From: Paramoeba atlantica
Taxonomy: Eukaryota; Protista; Discosea
Reading direction: 5' to 3'
DNA length: 64,000 nt
Assembly: GCA_977017575.1 (NCBI GenBank)
Contig: CDRNVI010000029.1
Coordinates: 558,001-622,000, forward strand
The notes below the pieces were generated by a model. The model worked only from the letters and a program-made list of their open reading frames with translations, was not told the origin of the DNA and did not search any database. Below, in pieces: positions 34,750 to 45,508 of the stretch; position 1 is the stretch's first letter; the number at the start of each line of letters is the position of its first letter. The position numbers and the translations under genes were made by a program.

Positions 34750-35269
34750 GCATACGACGGGTGGATCATGTGAGGTTTCGTCCTCGCCGGAGGTGTGCGG
34801 GTGCGGAGAGCTGGCGTCCCAGGTGCAGAGAGCTCGGTTGTCATGTGCAGGTGCAGAGAGCCGGATGCGTAATCCCCATATTACAGTTTCGGGGGCAATC
34901 CGGGTGCAGAGAGCTGCGACAGAGCCGAGGTGCGGAGAGCTGGGCGACCGCCAGGTGCAGAGAGCCGAGCCTCGTCGGCGGAGGACACGTCTAGTGGTCC
35001 TCAAGGGAGGCCACCGTGACGCATGGCCCTCTCGGAGAGGAAAAAGACAAGTCGAAAAAAAGCCGAGAGGGGGAAGCACACTCACTCCAGGGGAGTGAGT
35101 CGGGGAGGGGTGAAGTGGTGAAAGCGCGTCCCCTGCTTCAGCGACAAGAGGGACAGTTCCGACCTTAGTGCCGGCCGGCAACGGGCATAAAAATACAGTA
35201 AGAGTATGCCCGTTGCCGGGGAAAGAAAGGATTAACTCAACAAGGTACAGAAACTAGTTGGGTAGAGTT
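34750..35269 (-). ncRNA. Highly structured non-coding insert ending in an SL-like 32-mer
   Basis: Rod at 34780-34986 with six GGTGC(A/G)GAGAGC motifs; perfect 15-bp hairpin at 35175-35219; AACT...AGTTTCTGTAC....TTG on the minus strand at 35269-35238; it replaces conserved RT motifs. Confidence 0.55.
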
Positions 35270-38246
35270 GATCTTAGGTAGCGAAAGACTACTTCTATGG
35301 TGCTCCAGAAGCTCACACAAAGCCTGTGTATGCTCGATCGTTCCGTTGACCCCAGGTAAGAACCCCTGCTGTATAGTTGTATCTATGATTCCCGTGGATG
35401 TGACATGCTCAAGAATTCGATGGCTAATTATCGTGTGGAATAGTTTACCCAGACAGCTTGTGAGGCAAATTAGACGCCAGTTCCCAAGATTGCTGGTTTC
35501 CCCATCCTTATGTGTCAGAAGAGTGGCTCCTCGTTTCCAGCTATCGGGGCACGTACCGAAGGTAAGGAGGTCGTTGAAAGCCTGTGCTATGGAAGGATAT
35601 AGAGCTGCGCAGCGTTTTAAGACAGCGTTCCCAATGGTATCTGCGCCAGGGGCAGCGGATGGTCTCTTTGAAGCTATCGCCGCCTCGATGGCACTGCAAT
35701 CGATCTCAGCCCAATACATGTCTGACTGTACCTGAGGTCCCAAGAGCTCTGTGGGAGGAAGTCCATAGTTTTCTTGTGGGGTTTGCATGCTATTCCGAAA
35801 ATAGGTTGTGATTTCCTCCTAGGAGCAGTCCGGGTACTTGCCCCACCGCTGATCTGCCTCTTTCGTGTGCGCATCAAGGCATTCCCCAGCTGCAGTCCCA
35901 GGATTTCTTTGGAATCGCACTTTAGCCCAGCGCTTGGCGATCTCCTCTCGTTGTGTCCTGCTTTCTTCTGCATAGACTTTTAGCAGCTTACTAGCTTCTT
36001 TTATTTCTCCTTTTAAGCGGTCGCGTTCCACTCGTCCATGGCTGTATCGCAGTGATATTTTGAGCCGGCGGATATGGCCCTCCATTTGCTTGGCTGAACG
36101 GTCGGCTGCAAGGGGTCGAGATCTACGTTGGGCGCGTCCTGTGTGGGTGCGTAGGCGAAAGCCTTCCACTGCGTCAGCCTTGCACGCAGTCTCGTAGGCA
36201 CTCACCGCAATACTTGCAGTCAGAAGTTCTGCCTGGTGTTTAGCTTCATCTGCGGTAGTTGCAGGGCGCAGAAATTTCGCGCATCGCTCTGCTGCGCGTC
36301 TTTCGGTCTGCTTCCACTGATCGCTAGAAAAGTGAATCATAATTCTTCCTCCTTCAATGGACTTCAGAGTTCTTAGGAGGGATGCGCTCGTCTCTTCCTC
36401 GTTGTGCGTCCTCTGTGACGACATTATTCTGTTTGCGTTGCGTGATCGACGGCTCGGTGCACTGGATTGGAGCATTGACGGTTGTAGGGGTGGCTGTGGG
36501 GGTGATTGGGGGCTGGGCAAAGTGGTGTCTGGGCCATCTGCCACGCCGCGTGTGGTAGAAGTTTCGTTCGCGTGTGCAGGTGTTCGGCTTTCCGTCCGTG
36601 CTGTGCGGAGGTGCGCTTCCTCTGTTACGTTTGTTGCCGGTACTCTGTGTTCCGTCTCTGTTCGGTTTCCACTGTTCAGCGCAGTACTTGGACGAGTATT
36701 ACCATGATCATTTCGGGTTTGCGCAGTCTCTGGCTGTGCCTGGGTCACATGTTCAGTTGAGGGATTCGATTCGTCAGGGTGGATCTGCATGTACGACCCG
36801 GAGATAAGGCTACGCAGGCCCCGGAGCCCGGCCCACACGAGTGAGTTGACCACAGGTCGGACTGAGGAGGTGGACACACCATCCTTGCAGCACTTGTGCT
36901 TGCAAGTAGTTTTATCAAAGCATTTGGGTAAGCACGGGCGGAGCTGGGTTTGTGGTTCTGGAGCACGCGTGTTGTTCTCTATCGCCGGAGGTGTGCCGAC
37001 GGAAAGAGGGACTGATAAGGGTGGGGTTTCATTTCTTTCAGCGGACGAGGGTAACAGGTTCCTCTATAGCAGGTCAGCCACCGGTTTCACGATACCTCGC
37101 TGGAGCTTTGGTGACCACAGGTCGTTTTATCGCGGCAGGAGTGTTTACATGGCTGCTCTACGGGAGTTTTTACAAGGGCTGCGGTGGGTGTAGCTTGTTT
37201 CCCGTTCCCTGTCGTCAATGCTGTAGGTTCTGTCGCATGAGTTAGGGATATAGGGCCAGAATGGAGCACTGCTCGCTCAGGGATTAGGGACTCATGTGTG
37301 GCGTCTCGAGGCGGCGTTAGCGGCACACCAATTTTGCAGCATACGTGCTTGCAATGGGCTTTGTCCCGGCAGATGTTTTTACAAGGGCGATGTGTGGGCA
37401 GGATCGAGGCCATTGGGGAGGACTCGTCCGGGACTGTACTTGTGGGCTCGGGCATTAAATCCAGGGTGTCCGCTCGCTCTAGGCCGGGCGCTGGCTGAGG
37501 GGAAGGGAGGGGCGCGAGATCGTTTGAAAGCGGGATGCCATCGTTTGTGACTTTACAACATAGGTGTTTGCAGGTAGCTTTGTTGCTGCAATGGTGCGCA
37601 CATGGTCTCGTCCTTCGCAGAGTAGCACCGGGATCCGCGTTCGTGTTGTGCCGCGTCCGTATGCGATAAGACTCGTCGTAATCCACTTCTTTGAGCTTCC
37701 AATATGAGCCTTCTTCCTCGGTTGACTCGCGTTGAATAATCAAAATTTCATATCCCGATAATGCAATCATGCTCCGCCCTCCCAACTTCTTAATGGCGCG
37801 ACCTAGAGCTCCTGCCGAGGAATATGCGCCAGTGAGGTTCATGTCTTTGTCCGCGTATGCCGATGTCCAACTGGTGTGGCGGAAAGTCCGTTGTTCTCCA
37901 TCTACTTCACGGAATTTGATGTAATCGCAACATCTTTGGTCCATAACGTCACTTATGTTGCATGTTTGGATCAGAATTCCATCAGGTCGCTTGGCGCCTG
38001 ATTTTAAGGTTCGTGCAATAGAAAGTTCTGCCGTGAGTTCTGCATTAAAAGCCCCCTTTTCCGTTAGAAACTGTGCTGCTGCGTGGATGTGGGGAAAGTA
38101 GGCCCATTTGCTCGCTTCAGGGTGTCTAATGCGAATTGGCACTGCACTAGTGCGTGTCGGGCGAAAGCTTTCTTCGTGAAATGGCTCTGCGCTGGCAGAT
38201 CCTCGAGGGGTGGATGGACATGCCCCTTGTGGGGATAGCAGTTATA

Positions 38247-38822
38247 CGGTAACTAAAAAAAGTGTTCAAATGTTTTAACAAATTTTAATGCTTTTATATT
38301 TTGCAAAAGAGATTCAAAGGATAATGCAGTAGTATATTACAGTAGTATAGGCTGGAGTAGTGCTTACATTCCCACGTACTTAGACTTCGTCAATGATCTT
38401 ACTATAAAAAACTATGAAAGATGTAATGCGAGCCCAACACTTGAACACTTTTTTCACTTTTTTGAGATTACTTTTTTTTTGAACAAAACTTTGTCATACT
38501 TCACCCTTACCAAACCAAAATGACCGAAACGTAATACTTCGTAAGTCCCCTCTTCGCCCTAATTACTGCCCTCAAACGAGGGGGTATGCTACGGACAAGA
38601 GGAAGACATGCACTCGGAGGAAGGTCTGCCCATGCTTTTTGGGCGCGTTCCCAAAGCTCCAACATTCGTACGGGAGGATCTGGATGATCCGCAGTTGACT
38701 TTTTGAGCTCGCCCCATAGGTGCTCTACGGGATTTAAATTGGGAGACTTCGAGGGCCAGTCTAGGACACACAATTCTTGTAAACGAAGGAATTCCCGGGC
38801 CTACTCGTGTGCTTTGGATCAT
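38247..38822 (-). mobile_element. Tc1-family transposon 3' fragment with IR/DR-like end
   Basis: NDPKHTS, WPSKSPNLNPVEHLW, AVI.AKRG.TKY; end TA|CGGTAACTAAAAAAAGTGTTCAA with an inner AAAAAAGTGTTCAA copy (inverted) near 38443-38456. Confidence 0.85.
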
Positions 38823-39055
38823 TATGGACCACCTCTACCGACTGAGACCGAGTCGGTTGCAGTACGCCCCTCCGGCTGCGTAAACAGAGGGCGAGTTGCC
38901 TGGACCACCTCTACCGACAGAGTCCGTGCTAATCCCCTTGGTGCGACATCCGTCATTACGGATTGTACCGATGACTTAGGCTGTCGCATCAAGGGCTGTA
39001 TCTCTGCGCCAACGAGCGCATGAACATCAAAATTTGTCTAAAAAGCAAAAAAAAA
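38823..39055 (+). mobile_element. Short SINE-like element sharing the HERO 3' end
   Basis: 38938-39031 matches the reverse complement of 32149-32242; A-rich tail; 18-bp direct repeat at 38825 and 38901. Confidence 0.6.
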
Positions 39056-39261
39056 TTCCCAATCTGCAGTTGCTAGAAAAATAGTGTCTTGACCTTAAAA
39101 TGCGATTTCTTACCGTGTTATTGATAGAAAAGTTGCTCTGTCGCTTCTAAAAAAGGGACGTCGCCCGCTCCTGTCGCTGGGAGGGGGGTAGGTATAATAA
39201 GTGGGCATGGGTATACTATCCTGGAACATGGTTTAGAAAGAAGAGCTCCGCGAAACAGCGC

Positions 39262-39370
39262 GCTTTTTTTTGAGGGTGGAAAAATTTTCACCCTCGACCT
39301 GGAACATATTACCCCCCCACTTATAGTGCCGTTTGAACGAAAACCTCGGCACTATAAGTGGGGGGCACAG
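39262..39370. mobile_element. MITE end, family B copy 2
   Basis: Reverse complement of 5744-5860. Confidence 0.7.
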
Positions 39371-39989
39371 TATATATTAAAATTCATTTTCCTTTATTTT
39401 TGACCGGAGTATCTCAGTACAGATTATTGTCATTGTATGGAAATATAAATTTCGATCTTTAAAGGTGCATACATAAAGGGTGTATAATGACGCGTTTTTT
39501 AACTTGGATGCAATGCTGCACGAAGTATACTACGGCTACCGAATGCAAGGATGCGTTTCTTTTTTACGTGGTGCGTCCCTATTTTCCAAGTCTGTGCTTT
39601 CTGTATTTAGTGCACTCATTTTTGCCGAATCAAAATCATCTTCGTGCGACACTCAATCGGGGGTGGATTGCTTTACCCGTGCCTACCAAAAAGAATGCGT
39701 TACATAAGCGTGAAAATGTTTTAATGTTTGAGCAATCAAGCATTAAAACGAAAATCCTGAACTACAGTATTTTTCCCTCTTACCCCTCGGCCTTTTCTAT
39801 TTTCGCCGTCGCACGTGTCCAAAATCACGCTGATGGAGATTCTGAAAGTGGAGATTCGTATAACAATGATCAAATCAGGGTACTGGGTTTTTTGAATATG
39901 TGGATTCGCTTCTAGTGATGGGTCTACACGCTACACACTGGGAGATGCATTACTAATTGCAAATATAAAAAAATTATTTCTTGTATTCA

Positions 39990-40790
39990 TAATTGTTTCC
40001 CCCGTTTAAGCACACCTCGTTTTCCGTGAGTTCTATTCCTTCCGAATGAACCTTCAGCTGGATCGTTTCAAAAAAATTCGAACTTTTTCGAACCGACCAA
40101 GCGTTGAAACGCTACATACAAAAGTGCTCTAGATAAGAGTGGTTTCAGGGTTTCACGGAGGTTACATTTATGGGCTACACATTACTTACACCTTATATTG
40201 TACCCATACGAAAGCGTTACTCTTTATACCACCTTTTTACTCTTTTCCAGGATTTGAGCCCCTTTAAAACATCTTTGAAAGCGAATGGACTGCGTCGAGC
40301 GCTCCTCATCTAGATTTTCTAATTGACGCCATACGAGCGCCGAGTGAAAGGACTCTAGTGTAGAAGGACTGTAAAATCTTGCCAGACTGACGCATAGGCA
40401 AAGAAAGTCTTCTTCTTTGATGTGCTGAACTCCCTGAATACCCAATAAAACCTCGAGTCGATTGTAATAGTTGGCCAAAAGGGACTTTTTTCCCCCAAGA
40501 TTTTTTTCTATTTATTAAAATATTTTATAAAAATATTTATAGAACTTTCCAACTTCAAGACCCCTTTTCTGAATACTTACTCTTGGCTGGTTAAAAATCT
40601 TTCAAAATCATCCAACGCCCCGTCACAAGCACCCTTTACTTTGGAAAACCTTTGCAGTGTCTTGAGGAATTCCACAAACGAATGTTCACGACGCAAGCTC
40701 AGAGTTGAGCGGGCATGCATCCAAACGCGAAGTGATGCACATCGACGATGCCTCTCTTGTTGGTCTCAGCGCCCGCAACTCTGCGCTCGA
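39990..40790 (-). pseudogene. Possible tyrosine-recombinase relic
   Basis: Fragments STLSLRREH..F..F, LARFYSPSTLESFHSAL, RCFKG and RALLYVAF resemble YR core-binding and catalytic starts; many stops. Confidence 0.35.
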
Positions 40791-41209
40791 ATAACCTCCT
40801 GCCCAGTCTCGTCAAAATGGACAAGTAAGTGGGGGGTGGGACTATGACAAATACAGTACCTCAAGAAACTGATCACACTTTCTCGCGTTGAACATTGTGG
40901 TAAGAAAATGTTTATAAAACATATTAGAAGGGTGAAACCAGCTCGGTTCTAGCGTGTTCCCCCGTGTTTGGTCGAGTTAAGAGTTCGGACACTTAACTTG
41001 TGGAGAATATGCAGTTTCTTTCTAATCTTTTAGTTTGTATTTTGTAATTTTTTTTATTCGTTTTTTTGAAACGCGGCATTCCCTCTATATTTTTACCCAG
41101 TACTTGAACCATGTAGGTCCATTGGGGGGGTATATGATTTTAAAACAAGCAATCAAATTAGCGATTTCACATGTGCCCAAAACTAGCAATTCAACCTGCC
41201 TTAAGTTAT

Positions 41210-42720
41210 TTATGATTCTGATAACAATAATAATAAAAAGAAGCAATCCAGGCCCAGTCCATTCGCGCTTTCCGGACCGGGTCTTTCGACCTCTCCACGG
41301 CCTGACTTGTGAACCCTTCGCTTGCTATATGGGAGGGCGCAGGCGCGGGCCTGTGTCGACAGCAACACGGCCGCGAAACAGGATGAATTTTTTTTATCCC
41401 CCGTAATACCAAAGAAGTTTGTGGCCTTGGTAACCTTCGATAGGACCCATCCCTCTTCAACTGCTTCCGTGGCGCCAATATACGCCCCCAGAAGTTTAAC
41501 GCCCCCCGGAGCATGTTGCATCCTGCTCCCCGAGAAGACCGAGTACAAGTCCGGGTGGCGGGTAGCCACCATGCACTTGGTCGTATTGAGCTTTAGGCCC
41601 AAAAACTTGATCTCCTCTTCCAAGGAGTCAAAGGCATTTACGCACACCCCGGGCTCCGCGGCTATGGTTTTATCATCCAGATATGCCCATAGTTTTAGAC
41701 AGCCAGAGTATTTTGCCGCCACGGCCGAGATGGCGCCCTGTATCCCTAAGGCAAAAAGGATGGGCGCCATCGGGTCCCCTTGTTTCACCCCCCGGGAGCT
41801 AGGGATGGCAATCCCCTCCCGCAGGTGGAGCTTGCTAGGGGTCCCGTACCCGAAAAGGGAAATGCCGATCATAGGGGAAAGGTTCGGATACCTTTTCAAG
41901 GCTCGGAAAATGGCCGCGCGGGAAATGCTGTTAAAGGCATTTTCCACTTCGACCGCCGCGGTCACCTCATCGGGTCTGTCGCGGAAGTGATCTCTCACTA
42001 CGACGTGCTCGCATCCTTGAGTGTATTGGGCTCCGAATTGGAGGCCCTGAAACACAGCAGGGAGGTGGTCTCTGACCTGTTCGAGGGCTAGTAGACCCGC
42101 GAGCTTCAAGATGCCCCCCCTCATGGCAATGGGCCTGTACGAGGAGTGGTGTCCCACTGGGGCCCCAGGCTTGTTAAAGAGCTTGAGGTTAGCTCCCGTG
42201 AGAAAATCCCTCATCGTGGGAGGGAGGGAGGGGGTGGGGATCCCTTGGATGATCCAAGTGACCACGTCCCTCGGGTCATCCTCCTGTAGGATGGGGACCA
42301 GGAGTTCCTTGGTCCATCCGGACGAGCCTGGCGCTCTAAGCGGCGCAAGGCTAGTTGCCTTTCGGACAACGTCTGCCGCCGACGGGAGGGGTCCATGACT
42401 TTCCTTGTCATAGACGAACTTGGGGGTGTTATAAGGACCTCCCGTAGGGTGGAGGCGTTCCACCTGTTCCCCCGCTGTAGCCGGGTTTGCCGACGGATCG
42501 AGGGGGCTTCCAAGATTTTAGCCGCCTTCGAGAAAGCCCCCGCCCGGATCAGCTCAGTGACTCGTTTGATAACAGAACGGGGGAAACTGTTGGTGAGGAG
42601 GGGAGTAGAAGCGATGGTTTCTGACCTCTCTAGGTTAGCCCGTTTCCGTAACTCCCTCGCCAACTGCCTCTGGGACAGCTTGTCCTCGGGGAAAAACAGG
42701 AACCGTTTAACCCCGAGGGG
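41210..42720 (-). mobile_element. CRE/SLACS-clade reverse transcriptase fragment
   Basis: G.FSKAAK.L, LHP, APGSSGW, RPIAM, QFGA....GCE, NAFNSISR, GVKQGDP, AYLDD, GLKLN..K, GVKLLGA.IG; one frameshift; RLE missing. Confidence 0.88.
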
Positions 42721-43415
42721 GGTTACAATTTTGTAATTGTATACTGTAATTTGACTACGAAAAAAATACGTATTTTAATAGTAAATTTTTTGTTTCGTAA
42801 CTATTTTTTCGGGCTCATTTTGGAATGAAACACGACTTTCCCCCCGATTAAAACGTTTACATCGAAGACATCTACGGGAATCCTGCCTCGGACACTTCTG
42901 AACGTCTTCGTAAGGGGGTGCGCCACCAGATGAAGGAAACCTTTTTGATACCACTAACTCGTAAGGAAATAGTGGATATCAAGTTTTCGGGACTGAGCGC
43001 GGCCGAAAATGACTGAGAAAATGGCTAAGACAAGCACAAACTGCTCCACTAGAATCAGCATAGCAAAGAATTTCTGAAGTCGGCATTCGGACTTCTGTGG
43101 AACAGTGAGCGCGTCGACTGGCGTATTCGGCCTCGGCAACTTTATTTAACTTCGTTGACACTCCTTGATGTCGATCACCCTAATGTACAAGAATGGACAT
43201 CTCGCGAGGATTGTTTCTGCAAGTTTCATAAGGGGAATGCGAACGACTCTCTCTCTCTATTAAGAACTACAGAACTCAGGTAACACAAGAGCTTCAAATC
43301 AAAGGAATTGAATCTGTTGGAAAGTGTTCATCGAAGTGTAAAGAAGCCCCTAAGACGTATGTAAAATTGAGTAAAAATCAAATTACTTACTTACTTCTTT
43401 CAATAAATGCTTACA

Positions 43416-44424
43416 TCAATACTTTGTGTAACCGCCCTTGGCCGTGATTACCGCTTGCATACATCGCGGCATGCTTTCGACCAGAGTACGGCAGTATGCG
43501 GGGGATATGGTCTCCCACATTTCCCTGGAACGGTCCACAAGCTCCCCGATATTCGCCGGTGGCGGTTCAACTTCACCCAGCTTTGCCTTCTGTTGGCCCC
43601 AAAGATTCTCAATGGGGTTTAACTCCGGTGACTGCGGCGGCCATCCAGACAGAACTTGAACTCCCACGCTGGCGAAATGCTCCTTTGCAATCTTGCTGGT
43701 CTGTTTTGGGTCATCATCCTGCTGGAAGATAATTTTGCCCATGTTGTCACCCAGTTTTCGAAGTGAGGCGGGAAGGTTCTCCGCTAGTATGTCCTTGTAC
43801 TGGGAGGCGTCCGTATTACCTTGAACGATTTGAATGGTTCCAATACCATCTTTGGACATACACCCCCACGCCATTATGCTCCCCCCACCGTGCTTTAGAG
43901 TTCCTATGACGGTTCGGGCACTAGGTTCACCAAGCCTCTTCTACACCCAGTGAATACCATCAGATCCGAAACGGTTGATTTTGGTTTCGTCGGAAAAATA
44001 CAATGAAAACCACTCTTCCTTCCAAATATTGTGGTCGAGGGCAAATTTTAAATGCATAGCACGGTGTCTATCGCTCAGGAAGGGTTTTCGCTGACGCTTC
44101 CGACCCCCCAGACCATCAGAGCGCAAGATATTACGAATGGTTTCTGGCGAAACATTGCCGATGCCTTCACGGCAGAAACGATTCCGCACTCCCACAGGAG
44201 TCCTTTCCGCCCCGCTCTCAATTAGACGCTGAGAGCGCCTTATCGAGGTCTCAGAGAGCTTTCTACGGCGACCTCCCTTGTTGATTGGACGCGGCGTCAC
44301 GTTCATCGACCTTATTGTGCTCACTGCACCTCCCTTTCGGGATATTTTTCTATGTGAGTCACCATTGTCTATTATTTCATTGACTTGTTTTAGCTTTGAA
44401 TTCGACAAACGTAGTGGTATGTGG
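43416..44424 (-). mobile_element. Tc1 transposase pseudogene (DD35E spacing)
   Basis: GR.RKLS, VS..TIR..L, FSDETK, KHGGGSIM.WGC, QQDDDPK, WPPQSPELNPIENLW, KGGYTKY; single in-frame TAG at 43941-43943 where W is expected. Confidence 0.92.
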
Positions 44425-44965
44425 ATAATACAAAAATATATTGGTTTGGTGGCAATTCTTTTCTTATCTCTCAGTAAATATTTTTTACCATTTTTTTTAT
44501 TGGTTTCTATCGTTTTGTACCCAAGGTTTGTCAATGCCACCCCGGTTGTCGAGGTCCTGTCATGGTAAGTACTTGCCAAGGTCCTGACGAATATGAAGAT
44601 TATTGACCGATTGTGGTATAATAAATTTGGCTTACTATTCATATTATGAATAATAATAAGCAGTTGTGACATAACTGCGAGAGTTTGAAATCAAGGCCTT
44701 TAAGTCATTTAATATGTAGAATTTGATGTTTGTTTTAGAATTTCTAAGCGTAACCTCAGCCCACGTTTTCTTTAATCAAAATTAGCCGAAGGTAAGAGAC
44801 CACCTAGGCATTACTCACATTTTTACCTGTACTGTAGACATACCTAAATTTTTATCACTGTTTGACTTTCTGCACTGAATTTTCCTTATACGTAAGAAAA
44901 AACTCTTGAAACACGAGACTCACTATACTAGGGAAAACATTCGGATATTCCAGGAACCTTTATGC

Positions 44966-45508
44966 CTATTTCCGCGGGTAGGCAGACTTTCCTTGTCCTG
45001 CGGCGTTGTAGCGCGGCTTAATTGGGAGGACTTTTTCCTTTTCGCTGGAAGAGAGCCCGGACCACACTTCTTCATTTGACCGAGTGCACTGTCGCACACC
45101 ATGGCCTTTCCGGCCGCAGTGTCGACATCCCCTCGCCGGTGCATTCGGATAGTACCAAACCGGCTTAAAATTGCTAAAACTTGAGCGCGATCTTTCGAAC
45201 TTGAAGCGTTTCTTCGAGGACTCGTCGTGCGTCCATCGACGTTTCTCAACCGTCCGGCCTAGTTCATTCATAGCTTTCTTGTTACCAGCTAGGATCGAGA
45301 CGATGGCCTTGTCCGATAATGAGGCTTCATTATACAGAAGTAGGTCCTCGATTTCGCTGGTCGTAATATCGACTTCCTTAGATGCTGTCAGACGGTGATA
45401 ACACAGCACCGACGCGAGCTTGCACAACAAACCCCAATACATGAGGCGGACAGAGTCCACTTCTATGTCGGGGAGGGCGGCTTGTGTGTGGGGGGGGAGA
45501 GCGGACAT
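44966..45508 (-). mobile_element. gag-like ORF with CCHC zinc knuckle
   Basis: CRHCGRKGHGVRQC is CX2CX4HX4C; antisense to host genes, among TE debris. Confidence 0.6.

Larger units (their letters stand above)
32149..38244 (-). mobile_element. Degraded RLE-type non-LTR retrotransposon, HERO-like, with nested insertions
   Basis: Collinear minus-strand pieces: N-terminal ZnF region (38244-35819), RT N-part (APGADTI, W..I.L.S...K, QQGF..G..GTIEH), AFADDVT, KFLG-like, CPIC...HIL.GC.VALSQGRY..RHD, RPD...IIELTSPWE...A.ERK..KY. Frameshifts, stops and two insertions. Confidence 0.85.

Noticed and set aside
34800-34965. CRISPR-like repeat-spacer array
   Set aside because: Repeats are only 12 bp, spacers are 10-41 bp and pair with each other, the context is eukaryotic, and there are no cas genes.
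34750-34975. HDV-like ribozyme at the start of the insert (TCG-TCCTCGC-CGG, GG, TGAGGTT/AGCCTCG)
   Set aside because: P1 would have only 6 bp, J4/2 lacks the C-N-A-A pattern, and the same bases pair better in the simple rod. An RNArobo or cleavage test would settle it.
34760-35005. Hammerhead ribozyme on the minus strand (GGAC-GAAAC with CTAGACGT)
   Set aside because: The CUGANGA core is broken and there is no stem I or NUH site.
43941-43943. Stop-codon reassignment suggested by an in-frame TAG
   Set aside because: All host genes are open in the standard code and use TAA, TAG and TGA as terminators; this is a nonsense mutation in a dead transposon.
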